This document shows, piece by piece, positions 18,849 through 28,568 of a stretch of 64,000 bases of DNA. Source of the DNA: an uncultured Lentisphaeria bacterium. Lineage in GTDB: Bacteria > Fidelibacterota > UBA8477. A model generated the notes under the pieces. It did not search any database, was not told where the DNA came from, and saw nothing but the letters and a program-made list of their open reading frames with translations. Every line of letters begins with the position of its first letter. Position 1 is the first letter of the stretch. The position numbers were made by a program, and so were the translations under genes. The stretch is taken from NCBI GenBank assembly GCA_964543125.1, contig CAZIWX010000002.1, positions 26-64,025 on the forward strand, read 5' to 3'.

Positions 18849-19700
18849 GTGAGTAACGCTATGGATTCAAAAATAATTTCGACCCTGAAAAGCCTGGGAT
18901 TCACGGCCAACGAAAGTAAGGCCTACCTAACCTTGCTTCGGTCGAACCCCGCCACCGGTTACGAAATCAGTGGCAAATCAGGTGTCCCGCGCTCCGCAAT
19001 CTATGAAATTCTGAAGAGACTTGAAACCGTGGGTTTGGTCAGTGTTACAGACGCTAACCCGACTCGCTATATTCCGTTGCCCCCCCAACAACTGTTCGAA
19101 TTGTTGGAGCATCGTTTCTCCAATGATATTGAAGAACTAAAATCCAGTCTGAATGCCATCAATACGGTAATGGAAGTGGGGAATTTGTGGAATATTGTCG
19201 GCTACGATAATATGATCCAGCGGGCTCGAACGATGATCCAAGCGGCTGAAAAAACTATTTATTTATCAGTTTGGCAGCTGGAATTTGATCGGCTACAAGC
19301 CGATTTGAGGGCCGCTGAAGCACGGGGTGTGCATATTGTGGTTTTTTCTTTCACCAGCGTTTCCCAGGAGGTGGGACTGGTTTTTTCCTACAATTTGGAT
19401 CCTGGGGAACTGGAGAAAATCTGGAGCAAGAAGATCCTGATTGTGGTGGATAAGACAACGGCGCTGTTAGGAGGGTCCGAATTCGCACCCGGGATTAAAG
19501 TCGCCTGGACGAAGAACAACGCCATTGTTTCCATTGCTCTGAATTACATCATCCTGGATTTAACACTGCTGGCCCAACGATTCGATATTAATCTGGGACC
19601 GATTGTTTCAGAAATGCTGGAAGGTGATATTCAAAGCCTGGATGATCTATTCAGCGAGCAGCATAAGCCGGTTTTCCCTAAAAACCTTGCCTCCGCGTGA
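18849..19700 (+). CDS. TrmB-family (sugar-responsive) transcriptional regulator
   Basis: The N-terminal winged HTH is typical of TrmB (LKSLGFTANESKAYLTLLRSNPATGYEISGKSGVPRSAIYEILKRLETVGLV). The track start at 18849 is a GTG; the ATG at 18861 (MDSKII...) is the more likely start. Confidence 0.7.
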   Translation: MSNAMDSKIISTLKSLGFTANESKAYLTLLRSNPATGYEISGKSGVPRSAIYEILKRLETVGLVSVTDANPTRYIPLPPQQLFELLEHRFSNDIEELKSSLNAINTVMEVGNLWNIVGYDNMIQRARTMIQAAEKTIYLSVWQLEFDRLQADLRAAEARGVHIVVFSFTSVSQEVGLVFSYNLDPGELEKIWSKKILIVVDKTTALLGGSEFAPGIKVAWTKNNAIVSIALNYIILDLTLLAQRFDINLGPIVSEMLEGDIQSLDDLFSEQHKPVFPKNLASA

Positions 19701-19756
19701 ATTTGAACGAGCCCCACGGTAACTCTAAGATAGTAAAATTTGTTTACAATCGCTGC

Positions 19757-19785
19757 TTGACAGGTGAAAAAAGGCAGCCTATTTT
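19757..19785 (+). promoter_or_regulatory. Candidate promoter TTGACA-N17-TATTTT upstream of gap
   Basis: -35 at 19757-19762 and -10 at 19780-19785. A GAGGAGG RBS sits before the gap ATG at 19832. Confidence 0.3.
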
Positions 19786-19831
19786 CAAGTAACTCATAAA
19801 CGAGTGACTAAAGCAAACTGAGGAGGAATGA

Positions 19832-20827
19832 ATGGTAAAAGTCGCAATCAATGGATTTGGCCGAATCGGACGCACAGTCCTGCGTGAAGCCCTTTCACGA
19901 AATGTGGACATTGAGTTTGTGGCCATTAATGAGTTAGCCAACCCGGATACCATTACGCCCGTTCTTAAATATGATTCAGTGCACGGAATTTTCCCGGGTG
20001 AAGTACGTTTTACAGGTAACACTCTGTTAATCGGGGGTAAGAGAATCACGGTTTTTTCAGAAAAAGACCCGGCTGCCTTGCCCTGGAGTGAATTAGGGGT
20101 TGATGTGGTGATCGAATCAACCGGTGTCTTTCGCAGACGCGAACAGCTCGAAAAACATCTTGAGGCCGGCGCTAAAAAAGTAATTCTCACGGTTCCGGCC
20201 AAGGATGAGCTTGATGCGACCATTGTTCTCGGAGTCAATGATCAGGTCTTAAAACCAACTGACAAATTGCTCTCCAACGCCAGTTGCACCACAAATTGCT
20301 CCGCACCGCTGGCCAAGGTTATCGAAGATAATTTCGGGATTGAACGCGGTTTTCTGATCACGATTCATGCTTATACATCTGACCAACGGCTGCTGGATTT
20401 TCCTCATAGTGACCCCCGCCGGGCCCGGTCCGCTGCTTATTCGGTAATTCCTACTTCCACCGGCGCCGCCAAAGCGATCGGCAAGGTGATTCCCCAACTA
20501 AAGGGGAAACTGGATGGTGTCGCCCACCGGGTTCCCGTCCCGGATGGGTCCATTACGGAACTGGCCCTTCAGTTAAAAAAGAGTGTGACCGTAGAAGAGG
20601 TGAATGCCGCGTTGAAAACAGCTTCCGAAGGTTACCTCAAAGGTATTCTGGCTTATACGGCCGATCCGTTGGTTTCCATCGATATTGTGGGGAATCGGCA
20701 TAGCTGCATATTTGATAGTGGTTTAACCAAGGTTGTGGACGGAACTTTTTTGAAAGTTTCCGGATGGTATGATAACGAAACCGGTTATTCCAACCGCGTA
20801 ATCGATTTAACGTTGAAAGTAGCCTGA
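19832..20827 (+). CDS. gap: Glyceraldehyde-3-phosphate dehydrogenase
   Basis: The NAD-binding N-terminus is present (VKVAINGFGRIGR) and the active site SCTTNC is present. 331 aa. Confidence 0.92.
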   Translation: MVKVAINGFGRIGRTVLREALSRNVDIEFVAINELANPDTITPVLKYDSVHGIFPGEVRFTGNTLLIGGKRITVFSEKDPAALPWSELGVDVVIESTGVFRRREQLEKHLEAGAKKVILTVPAKDELDATIVLGVNDQVLKPTDKLLSNASCTTNCSAPLAKVIEDNFGIERGFLITIHAYTSDQRLLDFPHSDPRRARSAAYSVIPTSTGAAKAIGKVIPQLKGKLDGVAHRVPVPDGSITELALQLKKSVTVEEVNAALKTASEGYLKGILAYTADPLVSIDIVGNRHSCIFDSGLTKVVDGTFLKVSGWYDNETGYSNRVIDLTLKVA

Positions 20828-20860
20828 CCGAATAATCATCGGGTTCAGCTAACCGGTAAC

Positions 20861-22282
20861 ATGGCGCGGAAAACCAAGATAATGGCAACAGTGGGGCCTG
20901 CTTCCGATACGGAGTCAGGCCTCCGTGATTTATTAGGAACCGGTTTGGATGCCGTTCGTCTGAATATGTCTCAGGGAGATCAGGTGTATTACGCTGAACT
21001 GATCCAGCGTATCCGCCGCTGGGCTTCCGGTGAACGCGTCGGCCCCGCCATCCTGATCGACCTGGCCGGACCCAAGATCCGTACGGTGAATTATAAACCG
21101 GGTTGGCAATTGACAACCGGTGAGCGGATTCTGTTAGGCCGGCAAGGGGCAGTGACACCGGACGCCGGGATTCCCCTCACCGGCGAATTTCGATTCCGGG
21201 AGATACATCCGGGGGCAACGATTTCGGCCGATGATGGTAAAATCCTCCTGGATGTTACCGCCCATATTTCGGAAGACCTGGTTGAGGTTACAATCAGACG
21301 CGGCGGCGATTTAAAACCCCGCAAAGGGGTTAATTTTATAAATCTGAATTTGGATGTTCCCACACTCACCGATAAAGATGCATCTGATTTTGAGTTTGCT
21401 CTTGATCAGGGAATTGACTGGGTCGCTTTATCATTCGTGCGCTCCGGCGCCGATATGGATGCACTGCGGGAAATTATGACCCGTAAAGGGAAAACTATCC
21501 CGGTGCTGGCTAAGATCGAGAAACCTGAAGCCCTGAATGACCTGGATCAAATCCTGGAAAAATTTGATGGCATCATGGTTGCGCGGGGTGATTTGGGGGT
21601 GGAGGTTCCATTGGAACGGCTGCCCGCGATTCAAAAACTGTTGATCCGGCGGGCCAATCTGCTGGGCAAACCGGTGGTGATCGCCACGCAGCTCCTGGCC
21701 ACCATGCAGGATCACCCCTATCCCACCCGAGCAGAAGTGACTGATGTAGCCAATGCGGTTTACGATGGTGCCGATGCCCTGCTGTTAACGGGTGAAACGG
21801 CAATTGGTAGTTATCCGGTTGAAACGGTGAACCAGATGGCGGGCATTATTGCCGAAGTCGAGAAAGACCCTGAGATTGATCCGCGGATGGCGGTGGTTAT
21901 TCCCCAACAAACCGATTCGGATGCCATTGCCCGGGCTGCCGGTGAAATCGCGGATGTCCTACGGATTAACGTTATTGTTTCCATGACTCATTCGGGTGCC
22001 ACCGCCCTGGCGGTAGCCAAGTACCGCCCCCACGCGGCGGTTTATGCAATGACACCCTTTTTACCTGTGGCCCGACGTATGAAAATTATTTGGGGCTTGC
22101 GCCCGGTGATCGTGGAACCGTATCAAACCACGGACGCAATGTTGCAACTGGCAGAGAGACGGTTGCTTGAATTGGATGCACTGGAAACCGGTGACAGCTT
22201 TGTGGTCTCAGCCGGATTGCCCATCGGTCGGCCGGGAACGACCAATATGCTTAAAATTCAGCAGGTGAGTGGAAATAATTAA
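20861..22282 (+). CDS. pyk: Pyruvate kinase
   Basis: 473 aa. The N-terminal KIMATVGPAS, MVARGDLGVE and downstream PK motifs are present. Confidence 0.9.
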   Translation: MARKTKIMATVGPASDTESGLRDLLGTGLDAVRLNMSQGDQVYYAELIQRIRRWASGERVGPAILIDLAGPKIRTVNYKPGWQLTTGERILLGRQGAVTPDAGIPLTGEFRFREIHPGATISADDGKILLDVTAHISEDLVEVTIRRGGDLKPRKGVNFINLNLDVPTLTDKDASDFEFALDQGIDWVALSFVRSGADMDALREIMTRKGKTIPVLAKIEKPEALNDLDQILEKFDGIMVARGDLGVEVPLERLPAIQKLLIRRANLLGKPVVIATQLLATMQDHPYPTRAEVTDVANAVYDGADALLLTGETAIGSYPVETVNQMAGIIAEVEKDPEIDPRMAVVIPQQTDSDAIARAAGEIADVLRINVIVSMTHSGATALAVAKYRPHAAVYAMTPFLPVARRMKIIWGLRPVIVEPYQTTDAMLQLAERRLLELDALETGDSFVVSAGLPIGRPGTTNMLKIQQVSGNN

Positions 22283-22334
22283 TATCAGGCCGGTCACCTC
22301 CCGCGCACGGGAATAAAGCTTTAGAAAGAAAACA

Positions 22335-24425
22335 TTGAAAACGGTTCAATTTATTTTTGGAATTCACAATCACCAGCCGGTGGGCAATTTTGATTATGTG
22401 ATGGAGAGCAGTTGTGAACGTGCCTATCTGCCGTTTCTTCAAACCTTGCGGCGTTTTCCGGCGCTTCACATGGCATTTCATTTCAGCGGAAGCCTGATTG
22501 AATGGTTGGAAACGCACCGGCCGGATGTGCTTGATCTGTTGGGTGAATTGGTGCGGCGAGGGAATGTGGAATTGTTAAGCGCCGGCTTTTATGAACCGAT
22601 TCTCACCATGATTCCCAGCCGCGATAAACTGGGTCAACTCCGGAAAATGAATCGCTATCTCCACAAGCGCTTTAATTACGAGCCTCACGGGAGTTGGTTG
22701 ACCGAGCGCGTGTGGGAACCGCATCTGGTTACCCCCCTGGCCAAAGCCGGTCTTGAATACACCATCGTTGATGATTACCACTTCCTGTCAGCCGGACACC
22801 GCCCTGAGGATTTATCCGGCTATTACTATACCGAAGATGAAGGCTATACCCTCGGTGTTTTTCCTATAAGTCAACAATTACGCTATGCCATGCCTTTTGA
22901 AGATCCGCAAAAGACGATTGACCTGTTGCGATCCAAAGCCACCGAAAGTGGTGATGAACTGCTGGTCATGGCCGATGACGGCGAAAAATTTGGTATTTGG
23001 CCCGGTACTTTCAAAACCGTTTACCAAGACAAATGGCTGGAACGCTTTTTCAGTTTGCTGACTGAAAACCGGGAATGGTTACACACGACCACCTTTAAAG
23101 CGTTTCATGCCACTCACCGGCCCCGGGGATTGGTCTATTTGCCAACAGCGTCCTATTTTGAGATGTCTCAGTGGACATTACCCCCCACACTGAGCCGCGA
23201 TTTTGACAAATTTGTCCACGAGCTCCGGGATCGGGGTGAAGAAAATTTTGCCAGACCCTTCGTAAAAGGGGGAATCTGGCGCAACTTTCTGTCCAAATAC
23301 AGTGAATCCAATTGGATGCAAAAACGGGTGACCGATCTCTCAGACCGGATCACACGACTGGAGAAAACACTAACCGGCCCCCTACCGCCGGAAGTAAAAG
23401 ACGATCTTTATCGGGCGGAGTGCAACTGTGGCTACTGGCACGGGGTTTTTGGGGGATTGTATTTGCCCCATTTACGCCATGCGATTTATGAGCATCTCCT
23501 GAAAGCCGAGACAGCTTTGGCTAAGATCACCCGGGAGCCCTTGCGGGTGCTGGATATTGACAAAGATGGTTACGCTGAATATCAATTACGCAATGCGCTG
23601 CTACAGATTTTTATTCGTGAAAAAGGGGCTGCGATCCAGGAAATCGATGTGTTGCCGGCCGCGTTCAATGCGACCAATACGCTCCGGCGATATTCGGAAA
23701 GCTACCACGCGAAGCTGCCGTTTGCCACGACGGTTGAAGACGCCCGGGGTTCGATTCATGATGTGGTTTTAGCCAAAGAACCAAATCTGCAGAATTACCT
23801 TTTTACCGATCATTATCCCCGGCTGAGCTGGATCGATCATTTTTTTGGAGAAAACGAATCGCTGGAAAGTTTTTACCGCGGCGAAGCACAGGATAGAGCT
23901 GATTTCATGAATACGCGCTTCCATGCGGATCCGGTGAAAAGCGGTCTCAAACTGACCGCCACCGGCCGGATTTGGCGCTTGCCGGTGACTTTGATTAAAA
24001 CTGCTATCCTTACCAAGCAGGGCCTTGATTTTCGGATTACGGTAAAAAATACCGCTGAGCATGAGATTCATGGGTTGTATGCCTGTGAGTTCAATTTTGG
24101 GTTATTGGGGGGTAACAGCCCTGATCGGTATTACGAACTGGATGGCGATACGAGTTACCGCACCCCTTTGAACACCAAAGCTGAAGACGCTTCCGTTCAG
24201 CAGGTAAGGTTGGTCGATGAGGGGGACAAATTTGCCTTAACCTTAAAATTCACTGAACCGGTGCGTTTGTGGCGTTCTCCCGTGGAAACCATTTCCATGT
24301 CCGAGGCGGGCTTTGAACGCGTTTACCAGGCATCCTGCGTGGTTCCCCTATGGCCATTCACACTACAACCCGGAGCTTCCCGGGAATATGCTTTTCAACT
24401 GCTGGCGGAGACCGGCAAGCTTTAA
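22335..24425 (+). CDS. Glycoside hydrolase family 57 enzyme (alpha-amylase / 4-alpha-glucanotransferase type)
   Basis: The N-terminus FIFGIHNHQPVGNF is the hallmark start of GH57. 696 aa is within the GH57 glucanotransferase/amylase size class. Confidence 0.75.
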   Translation: MKTVQFIFGIHNHQPVGNFDYVMESSCERAYLPFLQTLRRFPALHMAFHFSGSLIEWLETHRPDVLDLLGELVRRGNVELLSAGFYEPILTMIPSRDKLGQLRKMNRYLHKRFNYEPHGSWLTERVWEPHLVTPLAKAGLEYTIVDDYHFLSAGHRPEDLSGYYYTEDEGYTLGVFPISQQLRYAMPFEDPQKTIDLLRSKATESGDELLVMADDGEKFGIWPGTFKTVYQDKWLERFFSLLTENREWLHTTTFKAFHATHRPRGLVYLPTASYFEMSQWTLPPTLSRDFDKFVHELRDRGEENFARPFVKGGIWRNFLSKYSESNWMQKRVTDLSDRITRLEKTLTGPLPPEVKDDLYRAECNCGYWHGVFGGLYLPHLRHAIYEHLLKAETALAKITREPLRVLDIDKDGYAEYQLRNALLQIFIREKGAAIQEIDVLPAAFNATNTLRRYSESYHAKLPFATTVEDARGSIHDVVLAKEPNLQNYLFTDHYPRLSWIDHFFGENESLESFYRGEAQDRADFMNTRFHADPVKSGLKLTATGRIWRLPVTLIKTAILTKQGLDFRITVKNTAEHEIHGLYACEFNFGLLGGNSPDRYYELDGDTSYRTPLNTKAEDASVQQVRLVDEGDKFALTLKFTEPVRLWRSPVETISMSEAGFERVYQASCVVPLWPFTLQPGASREYAFQLLAETGKL

Positions 24426-24463
24426 TACTAAAATCTGACTACAGTCACCAGGAGCCGTAAATC

Positions 24464-26113
24464 GTGAAATCATTTCAACCGGAAATTGGTTATTTTAGCG
24501 CCGAGATCGGTGTCTCGCCGAGTATTCCATCATATTCCGGTGGATTGGGCGTATTGGCCGGAGATCATGTAAAGGCGGCCGCGGACGCAAGCTTACCACT
24601 GGTAGGCGTAACCCTGCTCTACCGCGAAGGGTATATGAATCAGCACGTGGACACCCATGGCCAACAGACTGAAGAATATCCGCCGTTTAATCCGGCCTGG
24701 CTGTTGGAAAACCTGAATGTTAAGGTTTCGTTCCGGATCAATAGTCATCGAATTCACCTGGCGCTGTGGCGCTACTGGGTGAAAGGCGTCTCCGGCTTTC
24801 AAGTGCCGATTCTATTTCTGGACTCCGACCTGCCGGAAAATGATGCGATTAACCGCCACCTGTGTTACCGGCTGTACGCCGGCGATAATGTTCACCGACT
24901 TTATCAGGAAATGGCCATGAGCTTGGGTGGAATGGCTGCCTTAAGAGCCTTGGGCTATACCAAAACCATCAAGATTTACCACATGAACGAAGGTCACACG
25001 GCCTTCCTTACACTGGATCTATTAAAAACAGCCCAAGGCGATGTGGCCGCCGTGAAACAGCAATGCGTTTTTACCACGCACACACCGGTTCCGGCCGGAC
25101 ATGACGAGTTTACCTATGCCCATGCTTTGCCGGCTTTGGGCGCCCTCGCGCCCTCAAATATCAGGGAATTAGCCGATAATCACGGCAAGCTGTCCATGAC
25201 CCATCTGGCACTTCATTTGAGCCGGTCCATCAACGGCGTATCCAAACTTCATGGGAAAATCGCCCAACACATGTACCCCGGAGTCGAGGTAAAATATGTG
25301 ACGAATGGCGTTCATCATTTATCCTGGACCAGTCGTGAAACCCAGCATCTGTTTGATAAACACCTTCCCGGCTGGGCCGCTAAACCTGAGGTGCTGGTGG
25401 ATATAGAAAAAATTTCGGATGATGAGCTTTGGCAGACGCATCAAAGCAACAAGATTAATCTTCTGAATTTTGCGAATGCCATGACCCAAAAAGGTTTATC
25501 ACCGGATTTGCTGACCATTGGATTCGCCCGGCGCGCGGCCGCCTATAAACGGGCGAATCTGGTGTTTTACGATCTTGATCGAATCATTGATATTTCCGAG
25601 GGCAAAGTCCAATTCGTCTTTTCCGGCAAAGCTCATCCCCGGGATGAACACGGGAAAGAAGTTATCCAGCAATTGTGTGAAAATATTAAAAAGGTAAACG
25701 GCCGGGTGAATTGTGTCTTTTTAGAGAATTACAATATGTGGTTGGGTCGGTTGATCACCAGCGGTGTGGATGTCTGGCTGAATTCTCCCCTGCGTCCCAA
25801 TGAAGCCAGCGGCACCAGCGGGATGAAAGCGGCCCTGAACGGTGTTCCCAGCTTATCGATTTTGGATGGCTGGTGGGTGGAAGGTTGCCGGGACGGGGAA
25901 AACGGATGGTCCTTTGGTGAACCGGCGGTGCCCAATGATCGCTCCGATGCAAACGATCTATACCGGGTGCTGGAACAAAAAATAATCCCCACGTACTATG
26001 CTGATCGCCCGGGTTGGTTACGGATCATGCGCGAGGCCATCAAGACCGGGGTCAAATTTACCGCCAAACGGATGTTGGAAGATTATATCCGGAAAATTTA
26101 CCGGCCGGCATAA
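24464..26113 (+). CDS. glgP: Alpha-glucan (glycogen/maltodextrin) phosphorylase, GT35, short form
   Basis: The N-terminal IGYFSAEIGV...GGLGVLAGDH matches the family. The PLP-lysine motif EASGTSGMKAALNG is present. 549 aa. Confidence 0.75.
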   Translation: MKSFQPEIGYFSAEIGVSPSIPSYSGGLGVLAGDHVKAAADASLPLVGVTLLYREGYMNQHVDTHGQQTEEYPPFNPAWLLENLNVKVSFRINSHRIHLALWRYWVKGVSGFQVPILFLDSDLPENDAINRHLCYRLYAGDNVHRLYQEMAMSLGGMAALRALGYTKTIKIYHMNEGHTAFLTLDLLKTAQGDVAAVKQQCVFTTHTPVPAGHDEFTYAHALPALGALAPSNIRELADNHGKLSMTHLALHLSRSINGVSKLHGKIAQHMYPGVEVKYVTNGVHHLSWTSRETQHLFDKHLPGWAAKPEVLVDIEKISDDELWQTHQSNKINLLNFANAMTQKGLSPDLLTIGFARRAAAYKRANLVFYDLDRIIDISEGKVQFVFSGKAHPRDEHGKEVIQQLCENIKKVNGRVNCVFLENYNMWLGRLITSGVDVWLNSPLRPNEASGTSGMKAALNGVPSLSILDGWWVEGCRDGENGWSFGEPAVPNDRSDANDLYRVLEQKIIPTYYADRPGWLRIMREAIKTGVKFTAKRMLEDYIRKIYRPA

Positions 26114-26300
26114 TTCGCCACAACGAATTCGACCCGCTGCATGCTCAATCTCAATAAGTCTTAATCCCGGAAGCTCCCCTGGGGAATGGGCCACTTTTCC
26201 TCGCGGACGATGGTCTGTTTTACTGTAATTCAGCAGCCTTTTCCCTTTGAACCGGGGATGATTTTAAGGTTATAAGCCGTGTTTTACCGCCGTTAAGCAA

Positions 26301-26413
26301 AAACAAAGAAATTTCCGCTTAGCGGGCTTCATTCAACTCATGAGCCTGAAAAAATTCCTGCTAAAATTTCACTCCGTCACTGGAAAAACAAGAATTTATC
26401 CCGCAAAGCGGGC
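26301..26413. repeat. Two related ~45-bp structured elements (imperfect direct repeat, each with two small GC hairpins) in the 433-bp region upstream of the cytochrome gene
   Basis: Element 1 is GAAATTTCCGCTTAGCGGGC at 26308-26327, followed by the hairpin GGCTTCAT..ATGAGCC. Element 2 is GAATTTATCCCGCAAAGCGGGC at 26392-26413, followed by the palindrome GGCCTCAGGCC. Confidence 0.4.
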
Positions 26414-26546
26414 CTCAGGCCAACTGAATATCGTACAAACCGGCCTTAGGGAAGCACCGGCAGGTGTAGAATAATAAAGGTAATGAGAAACGGTGGCATT
26501 AAAGTTGCCTTAAGATAACCAAACTAAGATTCCAATAGGAGGGGTT

Positions 26547-28262
26547 ATGAAAAAATTATGCATCACTCTAATTTCAATAACTATGCTAGTCTGGTTGAGT
26601 GCGTGCGAGAAGACGGTTACCGAGACCGTTACCGTACATGATACGATTATTATCATCAGCGTTGACAATGTCCTGGCATCACCGGATTCTATTGGTGTCG
26701 GGGGCTCTATTACCCTAACCACCCAGGTTACCACCGATCCTGCTGCCGGCTCGCTGACCTATAATTGGTTTGCCGATGCCGGTACTTTTAATGCAACGAC
26801 CGGTGATACGGTGACCTGGAATGCTCCGGATACGGCGGGTACGTATCGTGTCAGCGTACATGTAACCGATGGTGAGTACATCGGTATCGGTAGTATCACG
26901 GTTGGTGTGGGGATGTATGCACCAGCGGTTACGCCTTATTACAAAGGTGCAGAAGCTTGTGCTGCCTGCCATAGCAATTCGTCAATGCCGCAATATACCG
27001 GTTGGTCCCAGACCAAACATGCCCAGGCCTTTGCCGATTTAATGACCAGTGATCATGCTTCTTCAGCCTGTTTTCCGTGTCATACGGTCGGATATGACGC
27101 AATTTCCGGCAATGGCGGCTATGATGAGTCACCCATTACCAGATTTGAGAATGTTCAATGCGAAGCCTGTCACGGTCCGGCGTCTGAACACGTGGCGAGC
27201 AACGGTGCGGATGTAAGCACGCTGACGGTTTCTTTGGCTGATTCTGTTTGTACCGGTTGTCACCAGGGTTCTTACCATCCCTACCAGGAAGACTGGTCAC
27301 AGTCTGCGCATGCCGCTTCGACTTCAAACTCACACGCGGCCGGTAATGCTTATTGCCAACCCTGCCACAGCGGCAGTGGTTTTGTCGATGCTTATAATGG
27401 TAGTAACAACCTCGCTTTCAATCCCGATGACCCGGGTGCGATTGCCTGCGGTGTTTGCCATGACGCCCACAGTACCGAAAATGAACATCAGTTACGGACA
27501 TTAGCCGCGGTTACTTCGGTCGAAGCAAATGGCGTGACACAAACAATCCAGGCTGCCGGTAATGGCCAGCTCTGCGTGCAGTGTCACCATGCCCGCCATT
27601 CGGCTGATGATGAGGACGACCAGATTAATAATGGCTATAAATACTTTGGTCCACACCATTCACCCCAGGGTGATATGCTGGCCGGAGTCAGTGCGTATGA
27701 AGGTGTTACGAGTGGATTCACCTACGGTGGCAAGTTCACCAACCACTATGTCATTGAAAACGCCTGTGTAACTTGCCACATGGATATGACTCCCAATGCG
27801 GACGGCACCAATAATACGGGCCACACCTTCATGCCCAGGGCAACAGCTTGTGCAGCCTGTCATGGCGAGATCGGTGATTTTGATGAGATCATGGCCCAAG
27901 CTGATTATGACGGTAACGGCGCTATCGAAGGTATGGAAGCTGAGATTGCGGGCCTTGAGGGAACCTTAACCGGCCTGCTGGTTACCGCGGGTCTGGATAC
28001 TACCGGAAATGTTAGTGTATCCAGCGCTCTCAGTGCTACCAGATTTGATACTCTGGCGGATGGAACTCAGAGTCCGACCGCGATTAGACTGCGGAAGGGC
28101 GGCTACAATCTCGTCTTTGTGCAGGAAGATCATTCCAACGGCTTCCACAATCCGACGTATGCGATCCAGATTCTGCAACAGTCCATTCTGTTCATGAATT
28201 CCGGGGCGTTAACTTCGGCGCATATTCTGACCGGAAATGAAAAAGCCGTTGCTAAATGGTAA
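26547..28262 (+). CDS. Lipoprotein multiheme c-type cytochrome (nine CXXCH motifs) with an N-terminal Ig/PKD-like domain
   Basis: It has a lipoprotein signal peptide (MKKLCITLISITMLVWLSAC). A beta-rich ~110-aa domain follows. Nine CXXCH motifs are present: CAACH, CFPCH, CEACH, CTGCH, CQPCH, CGVCH, CVQCH, CVTCH, CAACH. 571 aa. Confidence 0.85.
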   Translation: MKKLCITLISITMLVWLSACEKTVTETVTVHDTIIIISVDNVLASPDSIGVGGSITLTTQVTTDPAAGSLTYNWFADAGTFNATTGDTVTWNAPDTAGTYRVSVHVTDGEYIGIGSITVGVGMYAPAVTPYYKGAEACAACHSNSSMPQYTGWSQTKHAQAFADLMTSDHASSACFPCHTVGYDAISGNGGYDESPITRFENVQCEACHGPASEHVASNGADVSTLTVSLADSVCTGCHQGSYHPYQEDWSQSAHAASTSNSHAAGNAYCQPCHSGSGFVDAYNGSNNLAFNPDDPGAIACGVCHDAHSTENEHQLRTLAAVTSVEANGVTQTIQAAGNGQLCVQCHHARHSADDEDDQINNGYKYFGPHHSPQGDMLAGVSAYEGVTSGFTYGGKFTNHYVIENACVTCHMDMTPNADGTNNTGHTFMPRATACAACHGEIGDFDEIMAQADYDGNGAIEGMEAEIAGLEGTLTGLLVTAGLDTTGNVSVSSALSATRFDTLADGTQSPTAIRLRKGGYNLVFVQEDHSNGFHNPTYAIQILQQSILFMNSGALTSAHILTGNEKAVAKW

Positions 28263-28309
28263 AGACTGTCCGATCGTTGTGATCTGACATGCGTCTAAAC
28301 CGGTAATAT

Positions 28310-28343
28310 CAAGCCCCTGCCGCGGCGGGGGCTTGTTTTTTTT
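28310..28343 (+). terminator. Rho-independent terminator of the cytochrome gene
   Basis: The stem pairs CAAGCCCC with GGGGCTTG around a GC-rich loop. It is followed by a T8 tract at 28336-28343. Confidence 0.7.
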
Positions 28344-28568
28344 AGCTATTCAGAAGTAAGTGTGAAACACGGGGATGATTATTTGTAAAAGAAAATTAGC
28401 ATCCCCGGCGATTAAGCAATAAAATAGCCGCCCATGATTTTAATCTTTCAGATAATAACCGCAAATATTCCGCCCGGTCGATTATTTACGGTTTTTTTTA
28501 ATCGTGGAGTGCACGGGGAGCCGTAACGGATTAGCCGCACGCCGGATATTCCGGTAAATCAATTTCAA

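Noticed and set aside
18841-18870. Imperfect palindrome ACTAATGAGT / GAGTGAGTA around the TrmB start, as a possible TrmB-type autoregulatory site
   Set aside because: The symmetry is weak (3-bp half-sites only) and it overlaps the coding start. It cannot be distinguished from chance without a comparative alignment.
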